A DNA stretch of 45,339 bases from an uncultured Candidatus Saccharibacteria bacterium (GCA_964520375.1 CAZFNQ010000003.1:1-45339); one strand, 5' to 3'; counted from the first letter of the stretch, positions 1 to 10,411 are shown. Translations and numbers: made by a program. The notes: generated by a model not told the origin, from the letters alone.

Positions 1-31
1 CTTTATCATATAAGATTTTTATAAAATATCG

Positions 32-60
32 TTGCAAATAAATAAAAGACGATGTAGTCT
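32..60 (+). promoter_or_regulatory. sigma70-type promoter
   Basis: TTGCAA(32-37)-17 bp-TAGTCT(55-60); GGAGG RBS at 93-97 before ATG 105. Confidence 0.6.
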
Positions 61-104
61 ATAGGCATAAGCGGTGGGGCATCATTAACTTTGGAGGTCC
101 TGCA

Positions 105-728
105 ATGAAAATAAAATTACTAACTAATAAAAGTCTTTTTGTAGCCGTTTTGGCCGCAAGCTTGTTTTTATTCGGCCGACCAGGCCAGGCTTCAGCCGCG
201 ACTAGTCAAACGGCTAGCTCAAAACCACCAACCGCCTACACCTATATTGCCCGCCCTGGGGATAACTTAAGTATAATCGCCCGACGCTCCGTGCAATTAT
301 ATGCCCAGGCTAAGCATATTAAGCTGTCGCCGGCGGTGGCTATGTACTGCGAAACCAATACTGTCCAAAAAGTCGGTAGCCATCTTCTCAGTGTTGGCGA
401 GTCAGTGACTATACCGTTTGATACTTTGCAAAAATATATCGCCAGTGGTAGAAAATTGACCGCCCAACAACTTGTCGCTTGGAATTTTTATGCACAGCTT
501 GCCAGCTTTGATCTGGCTGATCTGAACCCGACCAATAAAACCAAGGCTCAGTCGGCCGCCGCTACACATACTAGCAGCGCCAGTACGAACAAACCCACTA
601 GCCAAACCAATAACAACAGCTCAAAGAAGTCTTCTAGTTCGTCTAATAGCTTAGCCTGGTACGGCTGGGTAGTGGTAGCCGTCTTTGCGGTAGCCACTGT
701 CTACTATTTCACCAGGCTTAAAGTTTGA
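105..728 (+). CDS. Secreted, C-terminally membrane-anchored protein with LysM-like segment
   Basis: Signal peptide ending ASA; YTYIARPGDNLSIIAR resembles a LysM start; S/T/N-rich linker; C-terminal TM plus basic tail. Confidence 0.6.
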   Translation: MKIKLLTNKSLFVAVLAASLFLFGRPGQASAATSQTASSKPPTAYTYIARPGDNLSIIARRSVQLYAQAKHIKLSPAVAMYCETNTVQKVGSHLLSVGESVTIPFDTLQKYIASGRKLTAQQLVAWNFYAQLASFDLADLNPTNKTKAQSAAATHTSSASTNKPTSQTNNNSSKKSSSSSNSLAWYGWVVVAVFAVATVYYFTRLKV

Positions 729-774
729 ATAAAGTTTTCGAAAAATATCAAATAACAGCTATAATAAACTAGTT

Positions 775-1773
775 ATGGTTGCATCCAGGGCAACAAGCGA
801 ACACAAAAGACACGGCCGACACCAAAAACACACCAGACACTTTTTGAAAGTTTACTGGCCATATATGCCATTGGCGGTAATACTGGGCATTGCGTTAGTG
901 TTTAGCGTCCTGTGGCAGCCGAGAATCCACCGCGGCGTGTTAGCTTACGCTACCAGTATGAGCGTTAGTGGTTTACTCACTGCCACCAACAAGGATAGAT
1001 CCAACTATAATGTTGCGGCTCTAAAAATAAACAGCAAGCTAGATAAAGCTGCCCAAGCTAAGGCAAACGATATGGCCAAGCGCAATTACTGGTCGCATAA
1101 TACGCCGGATGGCGACCCGCCTTGGGTCTTTATAACCAACGCCGGTTACCAATATAAATCGGCTGGTGAAAATCTGGCTTATGGCTTTATTACCAGTGAA
1201 GATACGGTAGCTGGCTGGATGAACAGTCCAGAGCACAAGGCGAATATGCTAAACAAGAATTTTAGTGAAGTAGGTTTTGGTTATGCTAATTCCAGTAACT
1301 ATCAAAAAAGTGGGCCTGAGACTATAGTTGTCGCCATGTATGGCCAACCTGTCTTGGGCGCCAGTACCGCAGTCCCAAGCTCAAGCAGTCCAACCGCTAA
1401 CACACAAACTAAGGCAGCCACCCAAACCAAGGTACCGGCTACAGCTACAAAAAAGTCAGCGGCAAACAAAACTGAACCTTCGCCAGTCCAGACTGTTTCC
1501 CCTAGCACAGCTCCAGTTGTCGAGCCAGCGACAAAAAGTATTTCCCGACTGGCCGCCCTAACCAATGGCACTTTGCCCTGGCTTGTCTCGTTTGCCTCCA
1601 TTACTACAGTTTTAGGCATTGCGGCCCTGGCAACTCGTCATTCACTAGCGCTACATAGATGGATTCGCAGGGGCGAGCGTTATGTGCTTCACCACGCCAT
1701 ATTTGATGTCACAGTTATTAGTCTTATGGGACTGAGCGTTATTGTCACTCAAACAGCTGGTTTTATCCGCTAA
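775..1773 (+). CDS. CAP (SCP/PR-1) domain membrane protein
   Basis: TNKDR, AAQAKANDM, YWSH, GENLA, WMNSPEHKANML motifs; N-terminal TM, S/T/P linker, two C-terminal hydrophobic segments. Confidence 0.9.
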   Translation: MVASRATSEHKRHGRHQKHTRHFLKVYWPYMPLAVILGIALVFSVLWQPRIHRGVLAYATSMSVSGLLTATNKDRSNYNVAALKINSKLDKAAQAKANDMAKRNYWSHNTPDGDPPWVFITNAGYQYKSAGENLAYGFITSEDTVAGWMNSPEHKANMLNKNFSEVGFGYANSSNYQKSGPETIVVAMYGQPVLGASTAVPSSSSPTANTQTKAATQTKVPATATKKSAANKTEPSPVQTVSPSTAPVVEPATKSISRLAALTNGTLPWLVSFASITTVLGIAALATRHSLALHRWIRRGERYVLHHAIFDVTVISLMGLSVIVTQTAGFIR

Positions 1774-2321
1774 GAAATATTGGGTAGTTCTGTTGCCAGC
1801 TTTTGATAAATTTCTAAATCAGGATAAATGTAATCCAAATCTTGTGCCAAGGCTTGAACCACTTCGGTAGTGACGATCCTCTCGGCATCACTTAACTTTT
1901 CAGCATGGCTGCGGACTATTCTGCGATAGTCCTCTCCTGGAATGTCTATTACGGCAAAGGCCGGATTTGGTGTAGCTTGGTCTGGAGTTTGGTAACCAAT
2001 TCGGGCAACCTTGCCGATGGTAACATAGGTCAGTTGGGGAGCAGGGTTCTGTTCCGGTGTAAATTTAAATCGAGCCTTTAAAGGGTGAGAGTGATACTCC
2101 AGTCTATTGCGTGAGATTTCTCGCAAACCAGTGTAATAAGCGGCCACGTTGGCGATTGCAAAACCAAGAGTATCTTTTTGCTGGCCAATAGTTTTGGCAG
2201 AATAAACATCCGAAAGTGTCGGCACCCATTTTTCATGCCCGAAGGCAGACCGATCTTTAAATAAATAGCTGGTTCCCCAACTATCTTCTCTTGGTGCTAG
2301 TTCTGAGAATTCTTTTGACAT
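1770..2321 (-). CDS. Hypothetical protein (start revised to ATG 2321, MSKEF...)
   Basis: ORF track; ATG 2321 avoids overlap with dnaE and lies 7 nt after TAATAT. Confidence 0.65.
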   Translation of the reverse strand: MSKEFSELAPREDSWGTSYLFKDRSAFGHEKWVPTLSDVYSAKTIGQQKDTLGFAIANVAAYYTGLREISRNRLEYHSHPLKARFKFTPEQNPAPQLTYVTIGKVARIGYQTPDQATPNPAFAVIDIPGEDYRRIVRSHAEKLSDAERIVTTEVVQALAQDLDYIYPDLEIYQKLATELPNIS

Positions 2322-2376
2322 GAGAGAAATATTAACACTTTCTAAGTCAATAAGCACAAACGGAATGTTTTTGTTT

Positions 2377-5300
2377 TTATTGGACTTTGACGTTATCGGC
2401 GCCAACTAAAGAAGTCAGCTGCTCTATCGTTGTATCGTCCCTGTCTATTTTCATAGGTAATTTAATAGCCTGTTGGCTAGCTCCAGCCCCCATCACTAGC
2501 ACAACATCAGTGGCGCCGGCATGGTTGTCGACTATCTCCTTGATATTTATTAGCGTGGCTTGGTCTTCGCTACTGGGCAGGCGTATATAAACCCGCTGGC
2601 CTTTTGTTGTGCCAGTAGGTTTAGTTGGTTTTTGCTTTACCTCAGCTGCGTCAGTGTCTTCCTGGGTTAGCTCACTGGCACTGTCTACCATAATCTTTAA
2701 TTCTGAATCACCGTTTTGGCCGCGCCGGTTAGTTTTGCCTCGCACTATTAGAATTTTATCGCGTTGCCATAAGTCGACCGATTCTTGATAAACTTTGGGG
2801 AATAAAACCAGTTCAATGTCGCCGCTGGTATCAGACAAACGAATGAAGGCCATTTTTTGACCATTTTTAGTGGTAATTTCGCGAACATTGGTAATAATAC
2901 CGCCGACGTCAACGCTTTTGCCGTCAGTTAGATCGCTAAGTGAGGCTATTGGCTTAGTATTTTTAGCTAGAGTTTTTGTATAACGCTGCAGTGGATGTTC
3001 GGATAAATAAATTCCTAGAAGTTCACGCTCCCACTGAAGTTGCTCGTTTAAATTATAGACTGGTCCCGGTGCATCCAGAGTTAGTTTGGGGGATAGTTCC
3101 TCCTGGCCGGTTGATTCACCGCCGAACAAATCAGTTTGGCCAGCATCTTGCTGTTTTTGGACACGGCTAGCATAGGCCAGTAAGTTATCCAAATTGTTTA
3201 GTAGCGCGCTACGATCACCAAAAGAGTCTAGGGCACCAGACTTAATTAGGCTTTCCATGGTTTTGCGGTTAGCTACCCGCGTGTTCACGCTAGAGAAGAA
3301 AGACTCCAGAGTGCTAAATTTACCTTCTTGTTCGCGGGCCCTTAGTATTTCCTCTACGGCGCCGGTACCGACGTTTTTGACAGCCGCTAGACCAAACCGA
3401 ATTTTCTGTGCACCTGGCACGACCGCAAATTCTACAAAAGATTCATTAACATCCGGCGGTAAGACTTCTATACCCATGTGTTCACATTCACTAATTTCTA
3501 TAGCTAGTCGATCAGTGTTGTCGTAGTCGCTGGTCATGAGTGCCGCCATAAAGGCGTCGGGGTAATGGGCTTTTAAATATGCTGTTTGATAGGCGATTAA
3601 ACCATAGCAAGCAGCGTGGGCCTTATTAAAGCAATAAGCGGCGAAGTCTTCTAATTGCCCCCAGAACCTCTCCATTAATTTGCGATCAGCTCCAACTTTT
3701 TTGATAGCTCCCTCAATAAAGTCACCCTTTAATTTGGCTAGCACTGAGGGGTCTTTTTTGCCGATGGCTTTTCGCAAGGTGTCAGCTTGGCCACCTGAAA
3801 AGCCGCACATTTCCTTGCTTATTTGCATCACCTGTTCTTGGTAAACAATAACTCCATAAGTATTTTTTAGAGCCGGTGCCATGGCCTCATGGATGTAGGT
3901 TATATCGCGGCGACCATGCTTACGAGCAATAAAGTCTTCTATCCATTGCATCGGTCCTGGACGGTACAGCGCCACCATAGCGATAATGTCCTCAAAGACG
4001 GTTGGCTTGAGTTCTTTTAAGTAGCGCTTCATGCCGGCTGATTCAAGCTGAAAGACACCGGTCGTGTCGCCATTTTGTAAAAGTTCAAAGGTTGACGTGT
4101 CATTAAGCGGCAACTTATTAATATCTATGTCCCGCTTATACACTTTTTTAATAATCCTAAGAGCGTTTTTTATAGTTGTTAGATTGGACAGACCCAGAAA
4201 GTCTATTTTAAGTAGTCCAATATCTTCGATCGGGCCCATTGAGTATTGGGTAGCTACTACCCCTTTCTGGGCCATTTCCAGTGGCGAGTAGTTAACAATG
4301 TCATCAGGCGCGATGACCACGCCGGCAGCGTGCACGCCGTGTGAGCGGATAGTACCTTCCAGCTGGACCGCTAAGTCAAATACCCGTTTGGCTTGGTCAT
4401 TGGTTCGATATTCCTGTTTTAAGTCGGCGTTATCTTTAAGCGAAGTCTCCAGCAGGATATGCCGGCCCTGTAGGGGTGGTGGGATCATTTTGGCCCAACG
4501 GTCAGCCTCAGCATAAGGAACCTGCAGAACCCGGGCGACATCACGCACGGCGTTACGGGCCGCCATTTTACCAAAGGTGACAATGTTGGCCACACGATCG
4601 GTGCCATATTTATCGGCACAGTAGGCAATAACCTCACCACGGTTTGAATCTTGAATGTCGATATCAAAATCTGGCATGCTAATACGGTCTGGATTTAAAA
4701 ACCGCTCAAACAATAGGTCATACTTTAGCGGGTCAAGTTCGGTAATTTTAAGAGCGTAGGAAATTATGGAACTGGCCGCGCTGCCGCGACCCGGTCCAAA
4801 GACAATACCACGGTCCTTACCCCAGTTAATAAAGTCTGCAATTATTAAAAAGAAGGCATTAAAGCGCATTTCATTAATGACATTTAACTCGTACTCGGCC
4901 CTGACAATAATATCGAGTGGTAAGTTCTGTTTAGCTTCAATTTCATCGCTAGCTTCGGCCTCAGCCTCGGTTTTACCGCCGTAGCGCCAAGCCAAACCAC
5001 GGTAGACCAACCGTCTAAGATAAGATTTTTCAGTTGCGCCTCTGGGCAGCGGAAATTTTGGTATTAAGATCTTGTCAAGTTCCAGTTCGACATGGCAGCG
5101 ATCGGCTATCACTTTGCTATTGGTAATAACTTCGGGTGTCTTCCCTCCCCAGCGGCTAATTATTTGCTTAGGGTCGGTTACATGCAGTTCAAATTTTTTT
5201 AAACTCATGCGGGTTTCGTCGGTTAGATATGAACCAGTCTGCACGCATAGCAGTATTTCATGGGCTTCTTGGTCGCCAGGTTTTAGATAGTGGGCGTCAC

Positions 5301-5952
5301 ACGTTACCACACACGGCAGGTATAGTTCTTTAGCCAGTTTAAAAGTTTGCTCGGTAACTAGTGCCTGTTCCGCCCACATACTGGTGTGTTCAGGGTGGCC
5401 ATGGTCCTGAACTTCTAGATAGTAGCGGTCGCCAAATACCTGCTTGTACCACTTAGCCGCTTGTTTGGCCTGCTGGTATTGGTTTTGACGCAGTGCATCT
5501 GACACCTCACCACCAATGCAACCGCTCAACACAATCAGGCCTTCGTTATATTTTTTAAGTAAGTCATGGTCAACCCTCGGCCGGTAATAATAGCCGTCCA
5601 GATTAGCAATGGTGCTAAGGCGCATTAGGTTTTGGTAACCCTGGTTATTCATAGCCAGCAGCGTTAAGTGGTAGGAGTTTTTATCCTTGGCTGGGTCTTT
5701 ATCTGTGTGTGAGCGCGGCGCGACATATATTTCTATACCGATTATGGGTTTGATGCCGGCCGCCTTAGCGGCTTTATAAAATTCAATTACGCCAGACAAG
5801 GTGCCATGATCGGTTATAGCCACGGCGTCCATGCCAAGGTTTTTAACAGTCTCTATCAGCGCCGGAACCTTAGTCAGTCCGTCGAGCAAACTATATTGGG
5901 TGTGGTTGTGCAGATGAACATAGTCACTGGTCTGCAGCTTTGGTTTTGGCAT
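2377..5952 (-). CDS. dnaE: DNA polymerase III alpha subunit
   Basis: PHP HLHNHTQYSLLDG, AITDHG; GPGRGSAA; RISMPDFDID; FNKAHA; C-terminal OB fold. Confidence 0.98.
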   Translation of the reverse strand: MPKPKLQTSDYVHLHNHTQYSLLDGLTKVPALIETVKNLGMDAVAITDHGTLSGVIEFYKAAKAAGIKPIIGIEIYVAPRSHTDKDPAKDKNSYHLTLLAMNNQGYQNLMRLSTIANLDGYYYRPRVDHDLLKKYNEGLIVLSGCIGGEVSDALRQNQYQQAKQAAKWYKQVFGDRYYLEVQDHGHPEHTSMWAEQALVTEQTFKLAKELYLPCVVTCDAHYLKPGDQEAHEILLCVQTGSYLTDETRMSLKKFELHVTDPKQIISRWGGKTPEVITNSKVIADRCHVELELDKILIPKFPLPRGATEKSYLRRLVYRGLAWRYGGKTEAEAEASDEIEAKQNLPLDIIVRAEYELNVINEMRFNAFFLIIADFINWGKDRGIVFGPGRGSAASSIISYALKITELDPLKYDLLFERFLNPDRISMPDFDIDIQDSNRGEVIAYCADKYGTDRVANIVTFGKMAARNAVRDVARVLQVPYAEADRWAKMIPPPLQGRHILLETSLKDNADLKQEYRTNDQAKRVFDLAVQLEGTIRSHGVHAAGVVIAPDDIVNYSPLEMAQKGVVATQYSMGPIEDIGLLKIDFLGLSNLTTIKNALRIIKKVYKRDIDINKLPLNDTSTFELLQNGDTTGVFQLESAGMKRYLKELKPTVFEDIIAMVALYRPGPMQWIEDFIARKHGRRDITYIHEAMAPALKNTYGVIVYQEQVMQISKEMCGFSGGQADTLRKAIGKKDPSVLAKLKGDFIEGAIKKVGADRKLMERFWGQLEDFAAYCFNKAHAACYGLIAYQTAYLKAHYPDAFMAALMTSDYDNTDRLAIEISECEHMGIEVLPPDVNESFVEFAVVPGAQKIRFGLAAVKNVGTGAVEEILRAREQEGKFSTLESFFSSVNTRVANRKTMESLIKSGALDSFGDRSALLNNLDNLLAYASRVQKQQDAGQTDLFGGESTGQEELSPKLTLDAPGPVYNLNEQLQWERELLGIYLSEHPLQRYTKTLAKNTKPIASLSDLTDGKSVDVGGIITNVREITTKNGQKMAFIRLSDTSGDIELVLFPKVYQESVDLWQRDKILIVRGKTNRRGQNGDSELKIMVDSASELTQEDTDAAEVKQKPTKPTGTTKGQRVYIRLPSSEDQATLINIKEIVDNHAGATDVVLVMGAGASQQAIKLPMKIDRDDTTIEQLTSLVGADNVKVQ

Positions 5953-6033
5953 AATCCCCTCTAGTTCATTGGTCTATTATAATAAATTAAACCCACCCAG
6001 GCTCATATTTACCTATAAATACAACGAATTTAT

Positions 6034-6456
6034 TTACTTGGTGTCGGTTGACGGTTTGTTTTTTGCGACGTAAGCCTTAAGGTGCTTGATGGATTGTTTG
6101 ACTTGGTCGATAGCCTTCTTTAGATCTTCGTCGTTAGCGTCGTCATCATGAAGAGCAGATAATATTTCCCGGGCTTTTTCTTTGGCGATTTGAGCCTTGG
6201 TAACAATCGACGCAAACTCATCACCAGCGCCCTTTTGTACTTTCCGGGCGCCGCTTTTAGCTTGATCAAGTAAGTCATTTAGTTCGCTGTGCAAAGCTTT
6301 AAGTTTTTTCTCAGCTTCGGTTTTGACTTTTACGGCCGTATCTTGAATGTCTTTTCTGGTATCTTTGCCGCTTTTGGGGGCCGTTAAAATACCGGCAATA
6401 TAGCCGGCTGCGGCCGCTATTACCGCACTTATAGCCAGGCGATTAGTTCTTTTCAT
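6034..6456 (-). CDS. YtxH-domain protein
   Basis: N-terminal hydrophobic segment then AGILTAPKSGKDTRKDI and coiled coil. Confidence 0.85.
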   Translation of the reverse strand: MKRTNRLAISAVIAAAAGYIAGILTAPKSGKDTRKDIQDTAVKVKTEAEKKLKALHSELNDLLDQAKSGARKVQKGAGDEFASIVTKAQIAKEKAREILSALHDDDANDEDLKKAIDQVKQSIKHLKAYVAKNKPSTDTK

Positions 6457-6734
6457 AACTTATTCTCCTTCTTGTTATGTTTGGCTGAGCTAAAGGAGTG
6501 GACTATGTTAGAAACCAGCTTAACAATGGCGGCTGGTCCGGCAGTTTTTTGAAAGAAATCACCAACCGCTTCAGCTTGGTCGGCAATTTTTTCAGCTTTT
6601 TCGATAATTCGCTTTATGTGGTTTAGAATTTGAATGGTTTTAGTTAGAGCAACAATGCCAATAATTAAGAATATGGCTAATACTACACTTAGCACTATAA
6701 CCAAAAACTGCTCACTAGAAGTCATAGTCATCAT
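6453..6734 (-). CDS. Small membrane protein, DUF948/YtxG-like
   Basis: One TM then coiled coil; directly upstream of YtxH gene; TAATG coupling to gatB. Confidence 0.6.
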   Translation of the reverse strand: MMTMTSSEQFLVIVLSVVLAIFLIIGIVALTKTIQILNHIKRIIEKAEKIADQAEAVGDFFQKTAGPAAIVKLVSNIVHSFSSAKHNKKENKL

Positions 6735-8209
6735 TATACATCAAGTTGCTGCTTGATAAGTTTTTGCGCCAGTTCTGGGTTGGCCTTGCCGAGGGATTTT
6801 TTCATAACCTGGCCTACCAAAAAACCAATTGCCTTGGCTTCACCGCTTTTAATTGATGCCACGGCTTTGGGATTAGCCTGGATAACGTCTTTTACAATTT
6901 TGGTAATTTCATGCTCATCAGATACTTGAATAAGGCCCTGCTCTTGGGCATATTTTTCAATGCTGTCAGGTTTAATGCCATGACTGAGCAAAGTCTCTAG
7001 TAAGGCTTTGGCGCTAGTTGAGCTGAGCTTATTTGTCTGGGTGAGTTTATAAACTTCAGCGTATATCTCCGTGCGGGTAGAGTCTTTTAACGGTTCATCG
7101 CCTTCGCCATTTCGTCGCAGCGGAATTTCAATGTTGACAAACCAGTTGGCTAGTTGCCTTGACATGTCTGGCTTATCTAAATTCTGTTCTATCAATGGCA
7201 AGTAGCCAAAGCGCTCATTTTCGACCTCCGCCTCAAGCAGACTGTCCGTGTAGCTGGCATCAAGTCCCAGCGAGCTTAAGCGCCGGCGCCACTCGTCCGG
7301 TAATACTGGCATTTGGGCCTGTACATTATCTATATAATCATTGTCGAGCTCGATTGGTGGCACGTCCGGCTCAGGCATATAACGGTAATCGTGGGCTTCT
7401 TCCTTGCCGCGTTGGCTAAAGGTTTTTTGTTTAGCGTCGTCCCATCCCCTTGTTTCCTGGAAAATTGTTTGGCCCTTTTCAAGCAGTTCAATTTGTCTTT
7501 TTACTTCAAACTCAACCGTCTTTTCAACGCTTCTAAAGGAATTTAGGTTTTTGGTTTCGGTACGAGTACCAAGGACTTTGCTGGCGCTAACGCTTACATT
7601 GACATCAAAGCGCATATTGCCGTGGTAAAGATCAGCGTCCGATATTCCAGCATATTTAACTAGCAAATAGAGTTCATGGGCATATTGCTTGGCTTCCTGA
7701 GGGGAGTGCATATCTGGTTCCGAAACTATTTCTAGTAACGGTGTTCCGGCTCGGTTTAGATCGACCAATGAATAATCTTTGGCCTGGGGATGGGTATTTT
7801 TGCCGGCATCTTCTTCTATTTGCACCCGGTTGACGCTAACAGTTCTGGACTTGCCATCAACTTCGATCGTAACGTTGCCACCAACCACAATTGGATGGGC
7901 CAACTGGGTTATTTGGTAACCTTTTGGCAAATCCGGGTAAAAATAGTGTTTACGCTCAAAGAAACTATATTTTTGCGGTCTGGTATTTAGGGCAAAGGCC
8001 ATACGAGCCGCCAGTTCGACAGCTTTTTCATTAAGTACCGGCAGGGCGCCGGGCATGCCCAGGCAAATGTGACTGATCAGCGTATTAGGCGGTGCTTCAC
8101 GGGCATCATTGCCGACAGCTGCAAACAGTTTGGTGGCGGTCTTTAGCTGCACGTGGCATTCAATACCGACAGTGGTCTTGTATTTAGAAGTTGAAGCTTT
8201 ACTTGCCAT
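6734..8209 (-). CDS. gatB: Asp/Glu-tRNA amidotransferase subunit B
   Basis: GIECHVQL, YFYPDLPKGYQITQ, EEDAGK, DLNRAGTPLLEIV, DYRYMPEPD. Confidence 0.98.
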   Translation of the reverse strand: MASKASTSKYKTTVGIECHVQLKTATKLFAAVGNDAREAPPNTLISHICLGMPGALPVLNEKAVELAARMAFALNTRPQKYSFFERKHYFYPDLPKGYQITQLAHPIVVGGNVTIEVDGKSRTVSVNRVQIEEDAGKNTHPQAKDYSLVDLNRAGTPLLEIVSEPDMHSPQEAKQYAHELYLLVKYAGISDADLYHGNMRFDVNVSVSASKVLGTRTETKNLNSFRSVEKTVEFEVKRQIELLEKGQTIFQETRGWDDAKQKTFSQRGKEEAHDYRYMPEPDVPPIELDNDYIDNVQAQMPVLPDEWRRRLSSLGLDASYTDSLLEAEVENERFGYLPLIEQNLDKPDMSRQLANWFVNIEIPLRRNGEGDEPLKDSTRTEIYAEVYKLTQTNKLSSTSAKALLETLLSHGIKPDSIEKYAQEQGLIQVSDEHEITKIVKDVIQANPKAVASIKSGEAKAIGFLVGQVMKKSLGKANPELAQKLIKQQLDV

Positions 8210-8624
8210 GTAGCATACCTAGGTCTCTTAAGGCTTGGCGGACGCCAATCAGCGACTTTTTGGCTTGAGCTTCGCGCAAGGTTTTACTGGAATCGCTCAA
8301 AAGCTTTTTGGCCAGGTTGTGAGCATACCAGACACTGTCGTTGTCGCTGAAGCGGTGTTGGGACGCAACTAAACGTTCACCCATGGTTTTACCCTTGATA
8401 CGCTTTTTCTTAAGGGCACTGTCCAGCAGCTTATCGGCATTGATGACTGCCAGTCCCCAGGTTTCCTTTTTGGTGCATAAACGCTGGATATCCAGCCACT
8501 TTTCACGGAACCAGGCTGGTAGGCGCCGTTTTTTGGTAATTCTGATCCAGACAATAGTAATAGCTGAAAGTAGAAGTATGGCAAAAAAAGCCAAGGCAAT
8601 AATTATTAATAGCTGCTTGTTCAT
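8199..8624 (-). CDS. Membrane-anchored hypothetical protein, HEPN-like helical domain
   Basis: N-terminal TM; LAVINADKLLDSAL..G.TMGERL; overlaps both gatA and gatB. Confidence 0.7.
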   Translation of the reverse strand: MNKQLLIIIALAFFAILLLSAITIVWIRITKKRRLPAWFREKWLDIQRLCTKKETWGLAVINADKLLDSALKKKRIKGKTMGERLVASQHRFSDNDSVWYAHNLAKKLLSDSSKTLREAQAKKSLIGVRQALRDLGMLHGK

Positions 8625-10045
8625 GGCATAAGACCCTCTACAGCTTTAGCGATTGACAGTAACTCTCGGTCTCGGTGCTGAGGCGCCATTAGTTGCAGAC
8701 CGACCGGGAGACCGCCCGATTCGCCGGCTGGGATACTAATTGCTGGCATGCCTGTTAGGTTGGCGGCCGCTGTCATTACGTCAATTAAATACATTTTTAG
8801 GGGGTCACTCGTATTGGCACCTATTTTAAATGCTGTTGAGGGCGCGGTTGGTCCAAGCAAAAAGTCGACACTTTTAAAGGCCCTGTCAAATTCCTTAATT
8901 ATTTTAGTTCTAATAGTTTGGGCCTTTTTATAATAGGCGTCGTAGTAACCGCTGCTTAGCACATAAGTGCCAATCATGATACGGCGCTTGTTTTCGCTGT
9001 TGAAAGCCTTGGATCTAGACTGGGAATAACTGGCTTCTAGATCTTTAGCATTTTTAGAACTATAGCCATATCTTTGGCCGTCATAACGGCTTAAGTTACT
9101 GCTGATTTCGGCTGGCACCAGAATGTAATAGGCAGCCAAGGATAGCGATACCGACGGCAAGCTAACCTCGATGGTTTTAGCGCCGGCTTTTTTAATGTCT
9201 GCGACCGCCCGATCGATTTGTTTTTTTACGCCTGTATCCAAGCCATCGTCCATATACTCCTTGATAATACCGATGGTTTTGCCTTTTAAGCTGTCGGTTA
9301 AATCAGCGTAGCTAGATTTAGAGCGTTCAATGGTTGTGCTATCTAATGGATCTGGTCCGGCCAATACGTCCAGCACAAGAGCGGCGTCGTCAACTGTGCG
9401 ACTAAGCGGGCCAATTACGTCAGTGCTGCTAGCCATGGCAATGACGCCAGAGCGCGAGACAAGTCCATAAGTTGGTTTATAACCCACGACTCCGCAAAAT
9501 GACGCCGGTAAGCGAATCGAACCACCAGTGTCAGTGCCAAGGGCAAATGGCGCCATATCAAGCATCACGGCCGCCGCCGATCCGCCAGATGAGCCTCCGG
9601 GGACTCGACTTTTATCACGGGGATTTCGGGTGGTAAAAAAGTCACTATTTTCAGTGCTCGAGCCATGTGCGAAAGCATCCAGATTGGCTTTAGCTACGCA
9701 GATAGCGCCCTCGGCCTCCAGCCGCTTGATAGCTGTAGCCTGATAGGGAGCGTCAAAGTTTTTAAGCATATTGCTGGCGGCAGTGGTGTTGGCTCCAAAA
9801 GCCAGGAAGTTGTCTTTAGCAATAAAAGGCACTCCGGCCAAGCGGCCGGCCTCTTGGCCAGACTTGATCAGCTTGTCGATTTTCTCAGCACGCTGAATGG
9901 CTCTTTGCTCGGTCGTGGCAATAATAGCTCTGTAGCTGGAGTTAGAATTTATGGTCTTTAGGGCTTTTTGAACATTGGCCTTGGACGATTGTTTTCCAGA
10001 CTTGGTTTGCTTGGCAATATCAGCAATGCTTGGCCAGGAGCTCAT
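8621..10045 (-). CDS. gatA: Asp/Glu-tRNA amidotransferase subunit A
   Basis: Amidase signature KDN, PGGSSGGSAAAV, GTDTGGSIRLPA; RRIMIGTYVLSSGYYDAYY. Confidence 0.98.
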   Translation of the reverse strand: MSSWPSIADIAKQTKSGKQSSKANVQKALKTINSNSSYRAIIATTEQRAIQRAEKIDKLIKSGQEAGRLAGVPFIAKDNFLAFGANTTAASNMLKNFDAPYQATAIKRLEAEGAICVAKANLDAFAHGSSTENSDFFTTRNPRDKSRVPGGSSGGSAAAVMLDMAPFALGTDTGGSIRLPASFCGVVGYKPTYGLVSRSGVIAMASSTDVIGPLSRTVDDAALVLDVLAGPDPLDSTTIERSKSSYADLTDSLKGKTIGIIKEYMDDGLDTGVKKQIDRAVADIKKAGAKTIEVSLPSVSLSLAAYYILVPAEISSNLSRYDGQRYGYSSKNAKDLEASYSQSRSKAFNSENKRRIMIGTYVLSSGYYDAYYKKAQTIRTKIIKEFDRAFKSVDFLLGPTAPSTAFKIGANTSDPLKMYLIDVMTAAANLTGMPAISIPAGESGGLPVGLQLMAPQHRDRELLSIAKAVEGLMP

Positions 10046-10046
10046 A

Positions 10047-10337
10047 TTAGAGCACTCTCTTAACTTTTATGTAGTTACCATCCAAAGCTGGAACGTTTTT
10101 AAGTAAATCCTTTTGGTTGGTTCCGTAATTGACTGGCTTATCCGGTCTAGTGACGTTTTTAAGCCCGGTTACCTGATAAGTCGGCTCCAGTTTAGCGCTG
10201 TCCACCGACTGAAGCTGCTCGACATAGCCTAATATTTCACTAATCTCACTGCGGAATTGTTCAATTTCGCCTTCCGATAATTCCAGCCGGGCAAGTTTGG
10301 CCAATTTCAATATATCGTTTCGATTAAGTTTTGCCAT
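10047..10337 (-). CDS. gatC: Asp/Glu-tRNA amidotransferase subunit C
   Basis: LAKLARL..., NVTRPD, YIKVKRVL; directly upstream of gatA. Confidence 0.95.
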   Translation of the reverse strand: MAKLNRNDILKLAKLARLELSEGEIEQFRSEISEILGYVEQLQSVDSAKLEPTYQVTGLKNVTRPDKPVNYGTNQKDLLKNVPALDGNYIKVKRVL

Positions 10338-10382
10338 TTCATAAAATTATAGCAGAGTTCAGTCTATTGGCTCGAGATATAC

Positions 10383-10411
10383 TTGACAACTAAAAATAAT
10401 AGTCCTACGAT
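10383..10411 (+). promoter_or_regulatory. sigma70-type promoter for orphan gene 10438
   Basis: TTGACA(10383-10388)-17 bp-TACGAT(10406-10411). Confidence 0.65.

Noticed and set aside
2377-5952. Possible intein or split in dnaE
   Set aside because: Length and motif order are normal; no intein termini or endonuclease motifs seen
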